A DNA stretch of 64,000 bases from Deltaproteobacteria bacterium (GTDB taxonomy: Bacteria; Desulfobacterota; Desulfomonilia; UBA1062): assembly GCA_029547045.1 (NCBI GenBank), contig JAKPQL010000076.1:1442-65441 (forward strand), given 5' to 3'. This document shows positions 20,517 through 30,023 of this stretch, in pieces (position 1 is the stretch's first letter; every line of letters begins with the position of its first letter). A program made the translations under genes and the position numbers. The notes under the pieces are model-generated. The model saw only the letters and a program-made list of their open reading frames with translations. It was not told the DNA's origin and searched no databases.

Positions 20517-21722
20517 ATGATCAGTTCAGGAGATACAGCGTGGATGCTGGTGGCGACCGCCCTTGTCATGCTCATGACGCCGGGGCTCGCCCTGTTCTAC
20601 GGCGGCATGGTGCGTTCGAAGAACGTGCTGGGCACCATGATGCACAGCTTCATGTGCCTCGGTCTCGTTTCCGTGCTCTGGGTGCTCTTCGGATACAGTA
20701 TGGCCTTCGGTCCGGATCTTGGGGGGGTCATCGGCACCCTCGACTGGGCGGGACTGTCCGGGGTCGGCATGGATCCTGGTCCGTATTCCGACAAGATCCC
20801 CCACCTTGTCTTCTGCGCCTTCCAGCTCATGTTCGCCATCATCACCCCGGCGCTCATCACGGGGGCCTTTGCAGAACGCATGAAGTTCAGCGCCTTTGTC
20901 CTCTTCACCATCCTCTGGACCACGCTGGTGTACTTCCCGGTATGCCACTGGGTCTGGGGCGGGGGATGGCTGGGAAAGATGGGGGCCCTCGACTTTGCAG
21001 GCGGAACGGTCATCCACATCAACTCCGGCGTTGCTGCCCTGGCCGCGGCGATCATCATGGGCAGGCGCAGGGGGTACCGCCAGGAACCCTTCTATCCCAA
21101 CAACATCACCCTCACCATGCTGGGTGCGGGACTGCTCTGGTTCGGATGGTTCGGGTTCAACGCCGGGAGCGCGGTGGCAGCCAACGGTGTTGCGGGACTC
21201 GCCTTCTTCACCACCCATGTGGCAACCGCATCGGCGGCGCTGTCGTGGATCATCTTCGAGTATATCATCCGGAAGAAACCCACGAGCCTCGGTTTCGCAT
21301 CGGGCGCCGTGGCAGGGCTGGTGGCCATAACCCCGGGAGCGGGGTTCGTCACGCCGCTTCCCGCCATGATCATCGGGTTCGTAGCAGGCATGCTCTGCTA
21401 CTTCGCCATCCTTGCCAAGGAGAGACTCGGGTATGACGACTCCCTCGACGTGGTGGGCGTGCACGGCGTCGGCGGCCTCTGGGGAGCCCTGGCCACGGGT
21501 CTTTTCGCATCGGTCGGCGGAACGGGCCTGTTCTACGGGAACCCCCACCAGTTCCTTGTGCAGCTCATCGGGGCCCTGGCCGCCATCGTCTTTTCCCTTG
21601 TCATGACCTCGGTCATTCTCTTCGCCATCAAGAAAATCGTCGGCCTGAGGGTGGAAGAGGAGGACGAGGTGCAGGGGCTCGACCAGAGCGTGCACGGCGA
21701 AACGGGCTACTATCTGACATAG
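20517..21722 (+). CDS. amtB: ammonium transporter
   Basis: Amt family (ISSGDTAWMLVATALVMLMTPGLALFYGG..., FAGGTVIHINSG, VHGVGGLWG). ATG 20517 has RBS AAAGGAGG. The track's GTG 20466 lies inside the sigma-54 promoter. Confidence 0.93.
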   Translation: MISSGDTAWMLVATALVMLMTPGLALFYGGMVRSKNVLGTMMHSFMCLGLVSVLWVLFGYSMAFGPDLGGVIGTLDWAGLSGVGMDPGPYSDKIPHLVFCAFQLMFAIITPALITGAFAERMKFSAFVLFTILWTTLVYFPVCHWVWGGGWLGKMGALDFAGGTVIHINSGVAALAAAIIMGRRRGYRQEPFYPNNITLTMLGAGLLWFGWFGFNAGSAVAANGVAGLAFFTTHVATASAALSWIIFEYIIRKKPTSLGFASGAVAGLVAITPGAGFVTPLPAMIIGFVAGMLCYFAILAKERLGYDDSLDVVGVHGVGGLWGALATGLFASVGGTGLFYGNPHQFLVQLIGALAAIVFSLVMTSVILFAIKKIVGLRVEEEDEVQGLDQSVHGETGYYLT

Positions 21723-21775
21723 GTGCAGAAGTGACCACGGAAAGAGCGTACCCACACGAATACAGGAGAGGATAA

Positions 21776-22117
<342 letters not shown>

Positions 22118-22138
22118 CACGAACCGCGACTGCTCATG

Positions 22139-22182
22139 CCGGGTACGGGCTCGTCTCAGAGGGTCCCCGGGCCCGTACCCGG
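22139..22182 (+). other. perfect 12-bp stem-loop between glnK and glnD (no U-tract)
   Basis: CCGGGTACGGGC-N20-GCCCGTACCCGG read directly. Confidence 0.5.
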
Positions 22183-22212
22183 CCATGGTCATAGTTCGCT
22201 GCCATAGAGCGT

Positions 22213-24669
22213 ATGGACGGAAGATTACTCACCCGGCGACTCACCGAGAAAACCGATTCCCTGGTGAAGGATCTCACCATGGGTCTTTCCCATCATGGCA
22301 ACCCTCCATGGTGCATGGTCGCCGTGGGAGGGTACGGCCGGATGGAGCTCTGCCCCTACTCCGACATAGACCTCCTGCTCCTGGTCGATGGAAAGGCCCG
22401 GCAGGAAGACATCGAGGCAACCCTGCAGAAACTCCTGTACCCCCTCTGGGACCGGGGGTTCACGGTGGGATACAGCGTGCGCACCGTGAAACAGTCCCTC
22501 AGGGACACCAGAAACGACTTCTTCTTCAGAACCTCCCTCCTCGATGCACGGTATCTGTGCGGGAAACGGGAGCTCTTCGATGAGCTGATGCGGGCCTGTG
22601 AGGGGAACAGGGCGCTCAGGGACACGAGGAGGTTCTTCCTCGACCTCGAGGCACACATCGAAAAGCGACACCTGCGCTTCGGCGACGCATCGTACACCCT
22701 GGAGCCGGACATCAAGGAAGGAATGGGCAGTCTCAGGGACTACCACTGCCTCCTGTGGGTTACGAGGGTCGCTTCCCTTGACCGGGGGGTCCAGGTACTG
22801 TATCTCGCACGGGTGGACCACGACGAGTTGGAGGATGCAGCAGCGAACCTCCTGTACATCCGGTATGCCCTCCATGAACTCGCCGGGAGAAAGGTCGACC
22901 GTCTTTCCTTCGAATACCAGCAATCCCTTGCAGAACGGCTGGGATTCAAGGGCAACGGAAACGAGACAGCCTCAGAGCTGCTCATGCGGAGCTTCCACTG
23001 CTCCGCCCTTGCCATCAAGTCCATCACCGGTTCGTTCCGCGCCCAGCTCGGGGTGGAGTACAAGACTCGCTGGAGGACAAAGCCACGTCCCATGGGGAAA
23101 GACTTCCTCGTGTCTGCGAACCTCATCTCGTTTTCCCATCCGGATGAGGTCACCCGCAGGCCCGGCCTCGTCATGGACGCCTTCGGACTCGTGGCAGACC
23201 ACGGGTTGTCCCTGTCATACCATGCACGGAATATCGTCAGGAGATCCCTCGAAACCCTCGAGCCCCTGCGCCAGGATAATGGTGCAAAGCAGAAATTCAT
23301 CAGGATACTCAGGGGCAGGCAGTGTCTGGCTGCGCTCACCACCATGCTTGAGACTGGGATTCTCGAGCGGTTTCTGCCCGAGTTCGCACCACTGAAAGGC
23401 AGGACACAGGTCGATGTGTACCACACCTTCACCGCGGACCTGCACAGCATCCGCACGGTCCATGAGTTGAGGATCCTGGAAGAAGAGGAGTCCGACGTAT
23501 TCGGCCTCATCGAGGACAAGGATACCCTGTACCTCGCCGCCCTCCTCCACGACATCGGCAAGGGTTATGGCAGACCCCACGCCGTCATCGGAGCTTCCAT
23601 GGTGCACGACATCGCCGGGTGGCTGGGTTTTCCCGGAAAGTCGGCGGATCTCGCCGCGTTCCTGGTGCACCACCACCTCCTTCTGCCCGACATCGCCTAC
23701 CGGAGGGACCTGTCCGAGGAGAAGGTCTCCCTGGAGTGTGCCCGCATTGCCAGGGACAGACAGACGTTAGCCATGCTCTACCTTCTCAGCATCGCCGATT
23801 CGAGGGCCACCGGCCCACGGGCATGGGACGACTGGAAGGCAAGTCTCCTGCAGGAGCTCTTCCAGAAAGCCATGAACAGCCTCCAGCGCGGCGTGCTCCG
23901 TGACCCCCAGACCATGATCGTCCTGAATGCACGCTGGAGCGAGCTCATTGGAGACATACCTTCGGAGTCCCGCACGTACGGGGGCGGAAGGCTCTGGGTC
24001 CTTCCCCAGGCATACGTCATCCACACGGAGGCCGACCACATCAGGCGCCACCTCTCCCTGAGCTCGTCACTCAAGAGCCGGGACGACATCGCCCTGGACA
24101 TCATGAACAATGGAGGCCATACGAAGGTCACCATGATAACAAGAGACCGGCCAGGTCTCTTTGCCCTGCTCACCGGAATCCTCACGGTCAACCACCTCGA
24201 TATCCTGTCGTCACAGGTATTCACCTGGCTCGACGGGGTTGCCGTGGACACCTTTCATGTCCTCAGGCCGTGGGAGGATTTTTCAGGATGGGAAAAGATC
24301 AGAAGCCAGTTCAAAGCCGCGTGTTCGGGCGCCATGGACCTTGGAGCAGTGGTCGCAGAAACAAGGCCATTGAGGACAGGTCCCGCCATACGGTCGACAT
24401 CGCGGCCCTCGGTGTCCCTGGACAATGTCTTTTCAGACTTCTTCACCCTCATCGAGGTGCATGCGCCAAGAAGCTCAGGACTCCTCTATCGCATCGCCCG
24501 GTGCATTTCCACCCTGAAGCTGGATATCCACAGGGCCTTCCTTTCGCACACCGGCGACCCGTGCACGGATGTGTTCTACGTGGTGGACGAGTTCGGTGAA
24601 AAGATCGTGGAACCGGCTCGGATGCATACGGTGGAGAATGAGCTCATCAGGGCGATCGGGCAGTCCTGA
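22213..24669 (+). CDS. glnD: [protein-PII] uridylyltransferase/uridylyl-removing enzyme
   Basis: 818 aa. Nucleotidyltransferase core GGYGRMELCPYSDIDLLLL, HD domain AALLHDIGKG, and C-terminal ACT-like repeats. Confidence 0.9.
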   Translation: MDGRLLTRRLTEKTDSLVKDLTMGLSHHGNPPWCMVAVGGYGRMELCPYSDIDLLLLVDGKARQEDIEATLQKLLYPLWDRGFTVGYSVRTVKQSLRDTRNDFFFRTSLLDARYLCGKRELFDELMRACEGNRALRDTRRFFLDLEAHIEKRHLRFGDASYTLEPDIKEGMGSLRDYHCLLWVTRVASLDRGVQVLYLARVDHDELEDAAANLLYIRYALHELAGRKVDRLSFEYQQSLAERLGFKGNGNETASELLMRSFHCSALAIKSITGSFRAQLGVEYKTRWRTKPRPMGKDFLVSANLISFSHPDEVTRRPGLVMDAFGLVADHGLSLSYHARNIVRRSLETLEPLRQDNGAKQKFIRILRGRQCLAALTTMLETGILERFLPEFAPLKGRTQVDVYHTFTADLHSIRTVHELRILEEEESDVFGLIEDKDTLYLAALLHDIGKGYGRPHAVIGASMVHDIAGWLGFPGKSADLAAFLVHHHLLLPDIAYRRDLSEEKVSLECARIARDRQTLAMLYLLSIADSRATGPRAWDDWKASLLQELFQKAMNSLQRGVLRDPQTMIVLNARWSELIGDIPSESRTYGGGRLWVLPQAYVIHTEADHIRRHLSLSSSLKSRDDIALDIMNNGGHTKVTMITRDRPGLFALLTGILTVNHLDILSSQVFTWLDGVAVDTFHVLRPWEDFSGWEKIRSQFKAACSGAMDLGAVVAETRPLRTGPAIRSTSRPSVSLDNVFSDFFTLIEVHAPRSSGLLYRIARCISTLKLDIHRAFLSHTGDPCTDVFYVVDEFGEKIVEPARMHTVENELIRAIGQS

Positions 24670-24708
24670 TCGTCAGGGCGGTGCGCATGTCCCCCCTGAA
24701 TACTCTCC

Positions 24709-24749
24709 CATAAAAATGTGAAGGCAGCGATTTCCATCGCCGCCTTCAC
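24709..24749 (-). terminator. intrinsic terminator of glnN (stem also closes glnD)
   Basis: Stem GTGAAGGCAGCGAT/ATCGCCGCCTTCAC (13 of 14 bp paired, loop TTCC). On the minus strand it is followed by ATTTTTAT. Confidence 0.6.
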
Positions 24750-24778
24750 GGAGGAGGGTGTTGAATCGAGGGGGTTCT

Positions 24779-26947
24779 TCAACTGATGAACAGCATCTCC
24801 CAGTATTTGGGCATGGGCCACAGCTCGTTGTCCACGTAGTGCTCCAGCGTGTCCACCGTTTCCCTGACCGCGAGCATGGTCCCTTTGATCTCGTCGCAGA
24901 AGAAGGCGGCCTTCTGTTCCTCTGATTCTATGGACTTGGACTTTGCGAGCCTTTCCGTGAGCTCGCCGGTGAGCTTCTGCGCCTCGCCGATGAGGGAGCT
25001 CACCGTCTTCAGCAGGTCCTTCTGGTGTTTCAGGGCCTTGGTGTCGCCGAGGACATCGACAGCAGACCTGATGGAGGAACCCAGTGCTCCCTGATACTGC
25101 ACTGCGGCCGGTATGACCTGGTTCTGCACCATGTTGGCAAGGGTCGCAGCCTCGATGTCGATCTCCTTGACGTACCGCTCCAGGCGGATATGGTAGCGCG
25201 ACTTCAGCTCCGTGGCGGTGAGCACGCCGTACTTCTCGAAGAGCTTGAGTGCCTTTTCGGCCTTCAGGTCCTTCAGTGCCTCTGCGCTGGTCTTCTTGTT
25301 GGGCAACCCCCGCCTGGCCGCCTCCTTCTCCCATTCCCGGGTGTAGTTGTCTCCCATGAACAGGATGGCCTTGTTGGCCTTCACCTCTTCCCTGATCACA
25401 TCCAGGGCGGCCTGGTTCACGTTTCCTCCCCTGGACTTGATCTTCGCCGCGATGAGGTCGATGCTCTCGGCCACGATGGTGTTGAGGACGGTGGCCGGGA
25501 AGGAGATGGACTGGGAGGATCCCACGGCCCGGAACTCGAACTTGTTGCCCGTGAAGGCGAAGGGCGAGGTCCTGTTGCGGTCGGTGCTGTCCTTGCTGAG
25601 CACAGGGAGCTTTGACACGCCGAGGTCGATGATGGCTTCGTCGGTCGCCTTGGTGATCTTCCCCTTCTCGATGTCGTCCAGGATCCGGGTGAGCTGTTCC
25701 CCCAGAAAGATCGAGATGATGGCAGGAGGTGCCTCGTTGGCCCCGAGCCGGTGGTCGTTGCCCGCTGATGCCACGGATGCCCTGAGCAGGTCCGCGTGCA
25801 GGTGTACGGCCTTGATGGTGGCCATGAGGAACACCAGGAACTGGATGTTGTCGTGGGGGGTCCTGCCCGGGTTGAGCATGTTGTTGCCTTTGTCGTCCGA
25901 GAGCGACCAGTTCAGGTGCTTGCCCGAGCCGTTGATGCCCGCAAAGGGCTTCTCGTGGAGCAGCAGCCTGAGCTTGTGCAGCGGCGCGATGCGCTTCATG
26001 GTTTCCATGACGAGCTGGTTGTGGTCGGCGGCCAGGTTGGCCTCCTCGAAGATGGGGGCTATCTCGAACTGGCTTGGCGCCACCTCGTTGTGCCTGGTCT
26101 TTGCCGGAATGCCGAGCTTGTAGAGCTCTTCCTCGACGTCGTGCATGAAGGACAGGATCCTCTCCTTGATGCTGCCGAAGTACTGGTCCTCCAGCTGCTG
26201 GCCTTTGGGCGGTGTGGCGCCGAGAAGGCTTCTGCCGGACATGACAAGGTCCTGCCTCCGGTAGTAGTAGTCCTGGTCGATGAGGAAGTACTCCTGTTCC
26301 GGTCCTAGTGTCGCAAAGACCTTCTTCGCCTCGTTGTTGCCAAGCAGGCGCAGCAGGCCCAGCGCGCTCCTGTTGATGGCCTCGATGGAACGCAGCAGCG
26401 GGGTCTTCTTGTCCAGTGCCTCGCCGGTGTACGATATGAATATGGTCGGGATGCACAATGTCGTCCCGAGGCCGCTCTTGATGATGAAGGCCGGACTGGT
26501 GGGGTCCCATGCCGTGTAGCCCCTGGCCTCGAAGGTGGACCTGAGACCGCCGCTGGGGAAGCTGGACGCATCGGGCTCGCCCTGGATGAGCTGCTTGCCG
26601 GAGAAGCGCTCGATGATGTCGCCCTCGTCGGTGAACTCGATGAACGAGTCGTGCTTTTCCGCCGTGGCACCGGTCATGGGCTGGAACCAGTGGCAGTAGT
26701 GTGTGGCGCCCTTCTCGATGGCCCATTCCTTGATGGCGTGGGCGACGGCGTTGGCGGTGTCCAGGTCAAGCTTCCGCCCTTCGTGGATGATCTCTATGAC
26801 GCGCCTGTACACATCCTTGGGGAGCCTTTCCATCATGACCTTGACGCCGAAGGTGTCTTCTCCGAAGTACCTCGACACCTGTACATCCTTCTCCTTCTCG
26901 ACGGCATAGCTCCTCTCGTATGCAGCGACTGTGTTGCCGACCTTCAT
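24779..26947 (-). CDS. glnN: glutamine synthetase type III
   Basis: GSIII-type N-terminus (YFGEDTFG..., THYCHWFQPMTG) and a length of about 722 aa from ATG 26947, which has RBS GGAGGA. The track's upstream extension to 27040 lacks an RBS. Confidence 0.9.
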   Translation of the reverse strand: MKVGNTVAAYERSYAVEKEKDVQVSRYFGEDTFGVKVMMERLPKDVYRRVIEIIHEGRKLDLDTANAVAHAIKEWAIEKGATHYCHWFQPMTGATAEKHDSFIEFTDEGDIIERFSGKQLIQGEPDASSFPSGGLRSTFEARGYTAWDPTSPAFIIKSGLGTTLCIPTIFISYTGEALDKKTPLLRSIEAINRSALGLLRLLGNNEAKKVFATLGPEQEYFLIDQDYYYRRQDLVMSGRSLLGATPPKGQQLEDQYFGSIKERILSFMHDVEEELYKLGIPAKTRHNEVAPSQFEIAPIFEEANLAADHNQLVMETMKRIAPLHKLRLLLHEKPFAGINGSGKHLNWSLSDDKGNNMLNPGRTPHDNIQFLVFLMATIKAVHLHADLLRASVASAGNDHRLGANEAPPAIISIFLGEQLTRILDDIEKGKITKATDEAIIDLGVSKLPVLSKDSTDRNRTSPFAFTGNKFEFRAVGSSQSISFPATVLNTIVAESIDLIAAKIKSRGGNVNQAALDVIREEVKANKAILFMGDNYTREWEKEAARRGLPNKKTSAEALKDLKAEKALKLFEKYGVLTATELKSRYHIRLERYVKEIDIEAATLANMVQNQVIPAAVQYQGALGSSIRSAVDVLGDTKALKHQKDLLKTVSSLIGEAQKLTGELTERLAKSKSIESEEQKAAFFCDEIKGTMLAVRETVDTLEHYVDNELWPMPKYWEMLFIS

Positions 26948-27107
26948 GCGTTCCTCCGTATGCTGGTATGGTTGTGCCCCATGGGTGCCGGATCCCACCC
27001 GTGGCTGACTCACCCGTAACCCTCTTAGGTCAGTCAGCATGTCTGTTCAATACAAAATCATGGAAACGGGTGCGGGGCATCCTTTCGTCTCCTTGTGCCC
27101 CCCTACA

Positions 27108-27122
27108 GCAAGGACGGTGCCA
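27108..27122 (-). promoter_or_regulatory. sigma-54 (-24/-12) promoter of glnN
   Basis: The minus strand reads TGGCACCGTCCTTGC, a perfect TGGCAC-N5-TTGC. It lies about 160 nt upstream of ATG 26947. Confidence 0.7.
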
Positions 27123-27358
27123 GGGACCGGCAAGGACAGTTATGCGATATCATTAAATAATTGCCGCACCGCACCCTTTGACCTGTAACAATAGCGGGTC
27201 ATTCCTGTCAGGTTGGGTCATTTTTGTTTCAAAAGCCTGCCACATAGAGACCCTGCGGGGAAGCACAGGGGAGACGGTGTGCATACCGTGCATTCATCCA
27301 TGCCCATTTCTACAGATTCATCTTGAAGTACGGGAGTCATTTCTTTTAAGTAGTGTGC

Positions 27359-29980
27359 ATGAAAAGAGCATTCAGCCCATTCAGCACCGGCATTTCCGGC
27401 CTCGATGAGACCCTGAGCGGCCTCAGGCCTGGAGATAATGTCGTATTCCAGGTGGACAGCATCGAGGACTATGCGGCCTTCGTGCACCCCTTCTGCATCC
27501 GGGCGAACAAGGAGAAGCGGGTACTCGTCTACTTCCGCTTCGCCAGGCACGAGCCGCTTCTGCCCGAAGGCGTCGAGGCCCAGGTCTTTCACCTGCACCC
27601 TGAGCAGGGGTTCTCCAACTTCGTGTCCGACATCTTCGATGTCATCGAACAGGTCGGCCTGGAGGCCTACTACGTCTTCGACTGCCTCTCCGAGCTGGCC
27701 GTGGACTGGTACTCCGACCGCATGCTGGGCAACTTCTTCATGCTCACCTGCCCCTACCTCTACATCTACGAGACCATCGCCTACTTTGCCCTTTTGAGGA
27801 ACCGCAACACCGCCCAGGCCGTGGACGCGATTCACACCACCGCACAGGTGGTGATGGATGTCTACCGCAACCGGGACACCCTGTACCTGCAGCCCCTGAA
27901 GGTCTACAAGCGCAACTCGGAGACCATGTATATGCTGCACGCCTGGGAGGGTGACCGCTTCGTGCCGGTGAGGAAGAGCGTGGTGAATGCCGAGATCCTC
28001 TCCAGCTCGCCCCAGCGCTGGCTCGACTTCACCTTCCAGCGCGACGTGTGGTCGCGCATGTTCATGCTGGCCCAGGACCTCCTGCACAGGGCCCGCCGGG
28101 GCAAGCCCAGGCCGCGGGCGGAGAAATACGTGCTGCGGCGCCTGCTGCGCATGATGGTCACCCGCGACGAGCGCCTCCTTGAGCTGGCGGAGAGGTGTCT
28201 CGAGCTTTCCGACCTCATCGAGATCGGCAAGCGCATGATCGGCACGGGCATGATCGGCGGCAAATCCGCCGGCATGGTGATCTCCAGGGCCGTCCTGAGC
28301 AAGGCCTCTCCACACTGGAAGGATATCCTGGAATCCCATGACTCGTTCTACGTGGGCTCCCACGTCTTCTACACCTATCTCATCCGGAACGGCTGCTGGG
28401 CAGCCTACCGCGAGACGAGGAAGCCCGGCATGAACGGCGACAGCCTGCGCGAGGCACGCCACCGCATGCTGAACGGCACCTTCCCGGATGACATCCTGGA
28501 GCAGTTCAAGGAGATGCTCAACTATTTCGGCCAGACGCCCATCATCGTGCGCTCCTCCAGCCTGCTCGAGGACGCCTACGGCAACGCCTTCTCCGGCAAG
28601 TACAACAGCTACTTCCTGGCCAACCAGGGCACGCCCGAGGAACGACTGGAGGTCTTCGTCGAGGCGGTACGCAAGGTGTACACGAGCACCATGAACAAGG
28701 ACGCCCTCATGTACCGCGAGCATTGGAACCTGCTGGACAAGGAAGAGCAGATGGCACTGCTGGTGCAGCGAGTCTCCGGAGAGGACTTCGGCACCTTCTA
28801 CTATCCCCATGTGGCTGGCGTGGGGTTTTCCTTCAACCCCTTTGCGTGGAGCGCGGATATCGATCCCAAGAGCGGCTTCCTCCGCATGGTCTTCGGACTG
28901 GGCACCCGCGCCGTTGACCGCACCGATGACGACTACACCCGCATCATCGCGCTGAACGCGCCGCAGAAACGGCCCGAGTCTTCGTACTCGGAGATGCGCA
29001 GGCACACCCAGCGCCGCATCGACGTGCTGGACCTGAAGCAGAACCAGCACATCGCGCAGCCCTTCGAGGACGTGGTGTTGAATTCGGACGGGTTGCCCAT
29101 CGACCTTTTCGCCTCGCAGGACACCGAGGCACGGCAGCGGGCCGCTGAAATGGGACACGAGGACGCCTTCACCTACTACCTGTCCTTTGATGAACTGCTG
29201 GGCAGGACCACCTTCGTGAGCACCATGCGGTCCATGCTGGAAACCCTGGACAGGGCCTACGAATACCCGGTGGACATCGAATTCACCGCCAACTTCATCG
29301 ACGGGAGCAATTACCGCATCAACCTCCTCCAGTGCCGCCCCTTCCAGGTCAAGAGTCCCACCGGAAAGGCCGAGGTGCCCGAGGGCATCGCAGAGGAGCA
29401 CGTGGTGCTCTACACCGAGAGCACGGTGGTGGGCAACAGCCGCGTGCTTCCCGTGGACCGCATCATCTACGTGGTGCCCGAGGCCTACAAGGACCTCAGC
29501 CAGCAGGAGCGCTACACCCTTGCGCGCATGGTGGGCAGGATCGCCCATGCGGGCGATCCGCGCAAGCCCATGTCCATCATGATCATCGGTCCGGGACGAT
29601 GGGGCACCACCACTCCCTCCCTGGGGGTGCCGGTGAGCTTTGCGGACATCAACACGGTGTCGGTCCTGTGCGAGCTCGGCGTCATGCACGAGGGACTGGT
29701 GCCCGAGGTGTCCCTGGGAACCCACTTCTTCAACGACCTGGTGGAGATGGACATGCTCTACCTCGCCGTGCACCCGGAACGGGACCGCCATGTGTACAAC
29801 CGGGCCTTTCTGAACAGCGCCCCCAACCGGCTGTCCGAGGTGGTGCCACAGGCCGCGTCCTGGGAACATGCCATCCGCGTCATCGATTCCGGCGTGAACG
29901 AGAAGGGACTCAGGGTCTTCCTCAATGCGGACGCCATCCAGCAGAGGGCCATGTGCTACCTGGCCGAGGAAGAGAAGTGA
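27359..29980 (+). CDS. multidomain protein: P-loop-less KaiC/RecA-like domain + PPDK-N type ATP-grasp (PEP/pyruvate-binding) domain + C-terminal domain lacking the phosphohistidine
   Basis: About 873 aa. The N-terminus TGISGLDETLSGLRPGDNVVFQVDS resembles KaiC/RadA, but GxxxxGKT is absent. The PPDK_N motifs GGKSAGM, IIVRSSSLLEDAYGNAFSGKY and ALLVQRV are present. The tail GPGRWGTTTPSLGVPV resembles the swivel domain without His. ATG 27359 versus GTG 27353 is uncertain. Confidence 0.8.
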   Translation: MKRAFSPFSTGISGLDETLSGLRPGDNVVFQVDSIEDYAAFVHPFCIRANKEKRVLVYFRFARHEPLLPEGVEAQVFHLHPEQGFSNFVSDIFDVIEQVGLEAYYVFDCLSELAVDWYSDRMLGNFFMLTCPYLYIYETIAYFALLRNRNTAQAVDAIHTTAQVVMDVYRNRDTLYLQPLKVYKRNSETMYMLHAWEGDRFVPVRKSVVNAEILSSSPQRWLDFTFQRDVWSRMFMLAQDLLHRARRGKPRPRAEKYVLRRLLRMMVTRDERLLELAERCLELSDLIEIGKRMIGTGMIGGKSAGMVISRAVLSKASPHWKDILESHDSFYVGSHVFYTYLIRNGCWAAYRETRKPGMNGDSLREARHRMLNGTFPDDILEQFKEMLNYFGQTPIIVRSSSLLEDAYGNAFSGKYNSYFLANQGTPEERLEVFVEAVRKVYTSTMNKDALMYREHWNLLDKEEQMALLVQRVSGEDFGTFYYPHVAGVGFSFNPFAWSADIDPKSGFLRMVFGLGTRAVDRTDDDYTRIIALNAPQKRPESSYSEMRRHTQRRIDVLDLKQNQHIAQPFEDVVLNSDGLPIDLFASQDTEARQRAAEMGHEDAFTYYLSFDELLGRTTFVSTMRSMLETLDRAYEYPVDIEFTANFIDGSNYRINLLQCRPFQVKSPTGKAEVPEGIAEEHVVLYTESTVVGNSRVLPVDRIIYVVPEAYKDLSQQERYTLARMVGRIAHAGDPRKPMSIMIIGPGRWGTTTPSLGVPVSFADINTVSVLCELGVMHEGLVPEVSLGTHFFNDLVEMDMLYLAVHPERDRHVYNRAFLNSAPNRLSEVVPQAASWEHAIRVIDSGVNEKGLRVFLNADAIQQRAMCYLAEEEK

Positions 29981-30023
29981 TTCGCCTCACCATTGCGTGA
30001 TGCCACGGGGGAGGTCAGCCAGC

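Noticed and set aside
24576-26726. 716-aa minus-strand ORF overlapping glnN in another frame
   Set aside because: The GSIII frame (24779-26947) carries the family motifs. This alternative frame is Arg/Gly/His/Pro-rich with no motifs.
26948-27040. 31-codon upstream extension of glnN, and the idea that the glnN leader is a glutamine riboswitch
   Set aside because: The extension has no RBS and no GSIII homology, whereas ATG 26947 has GGAGGA. The only resemblance to the glutamine riboswitch is GGAGGAACGC next to the start codon, which is simply the RBS. I could not find the conserved riboswitch core, so the riboswitch is not claimed.
27218-29869. 883-aa minus-strand ORF, the longest unexplained ORF in the track
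   Set aside because: It is exactly antisense to the PPDK-N fusion gene, whose motifs are unambiguous. Its composition is the Arg/Gly/His/Val/Asp-rich, low-complexity type typical of shadow ORFs in GC-rich DNA, and it has no recognisable motif.
29925-30023. Upstream extension of the gpsA-like ORF overlapping the end of the PPDK-N fusion gene
   Set aside because: The Rossmann motif begins right after ATG 30024, which has a GGGGGAGG RBS. The extension is Arg/Pro/Ser-rich and overlaps the preceding gene by 56 nt.
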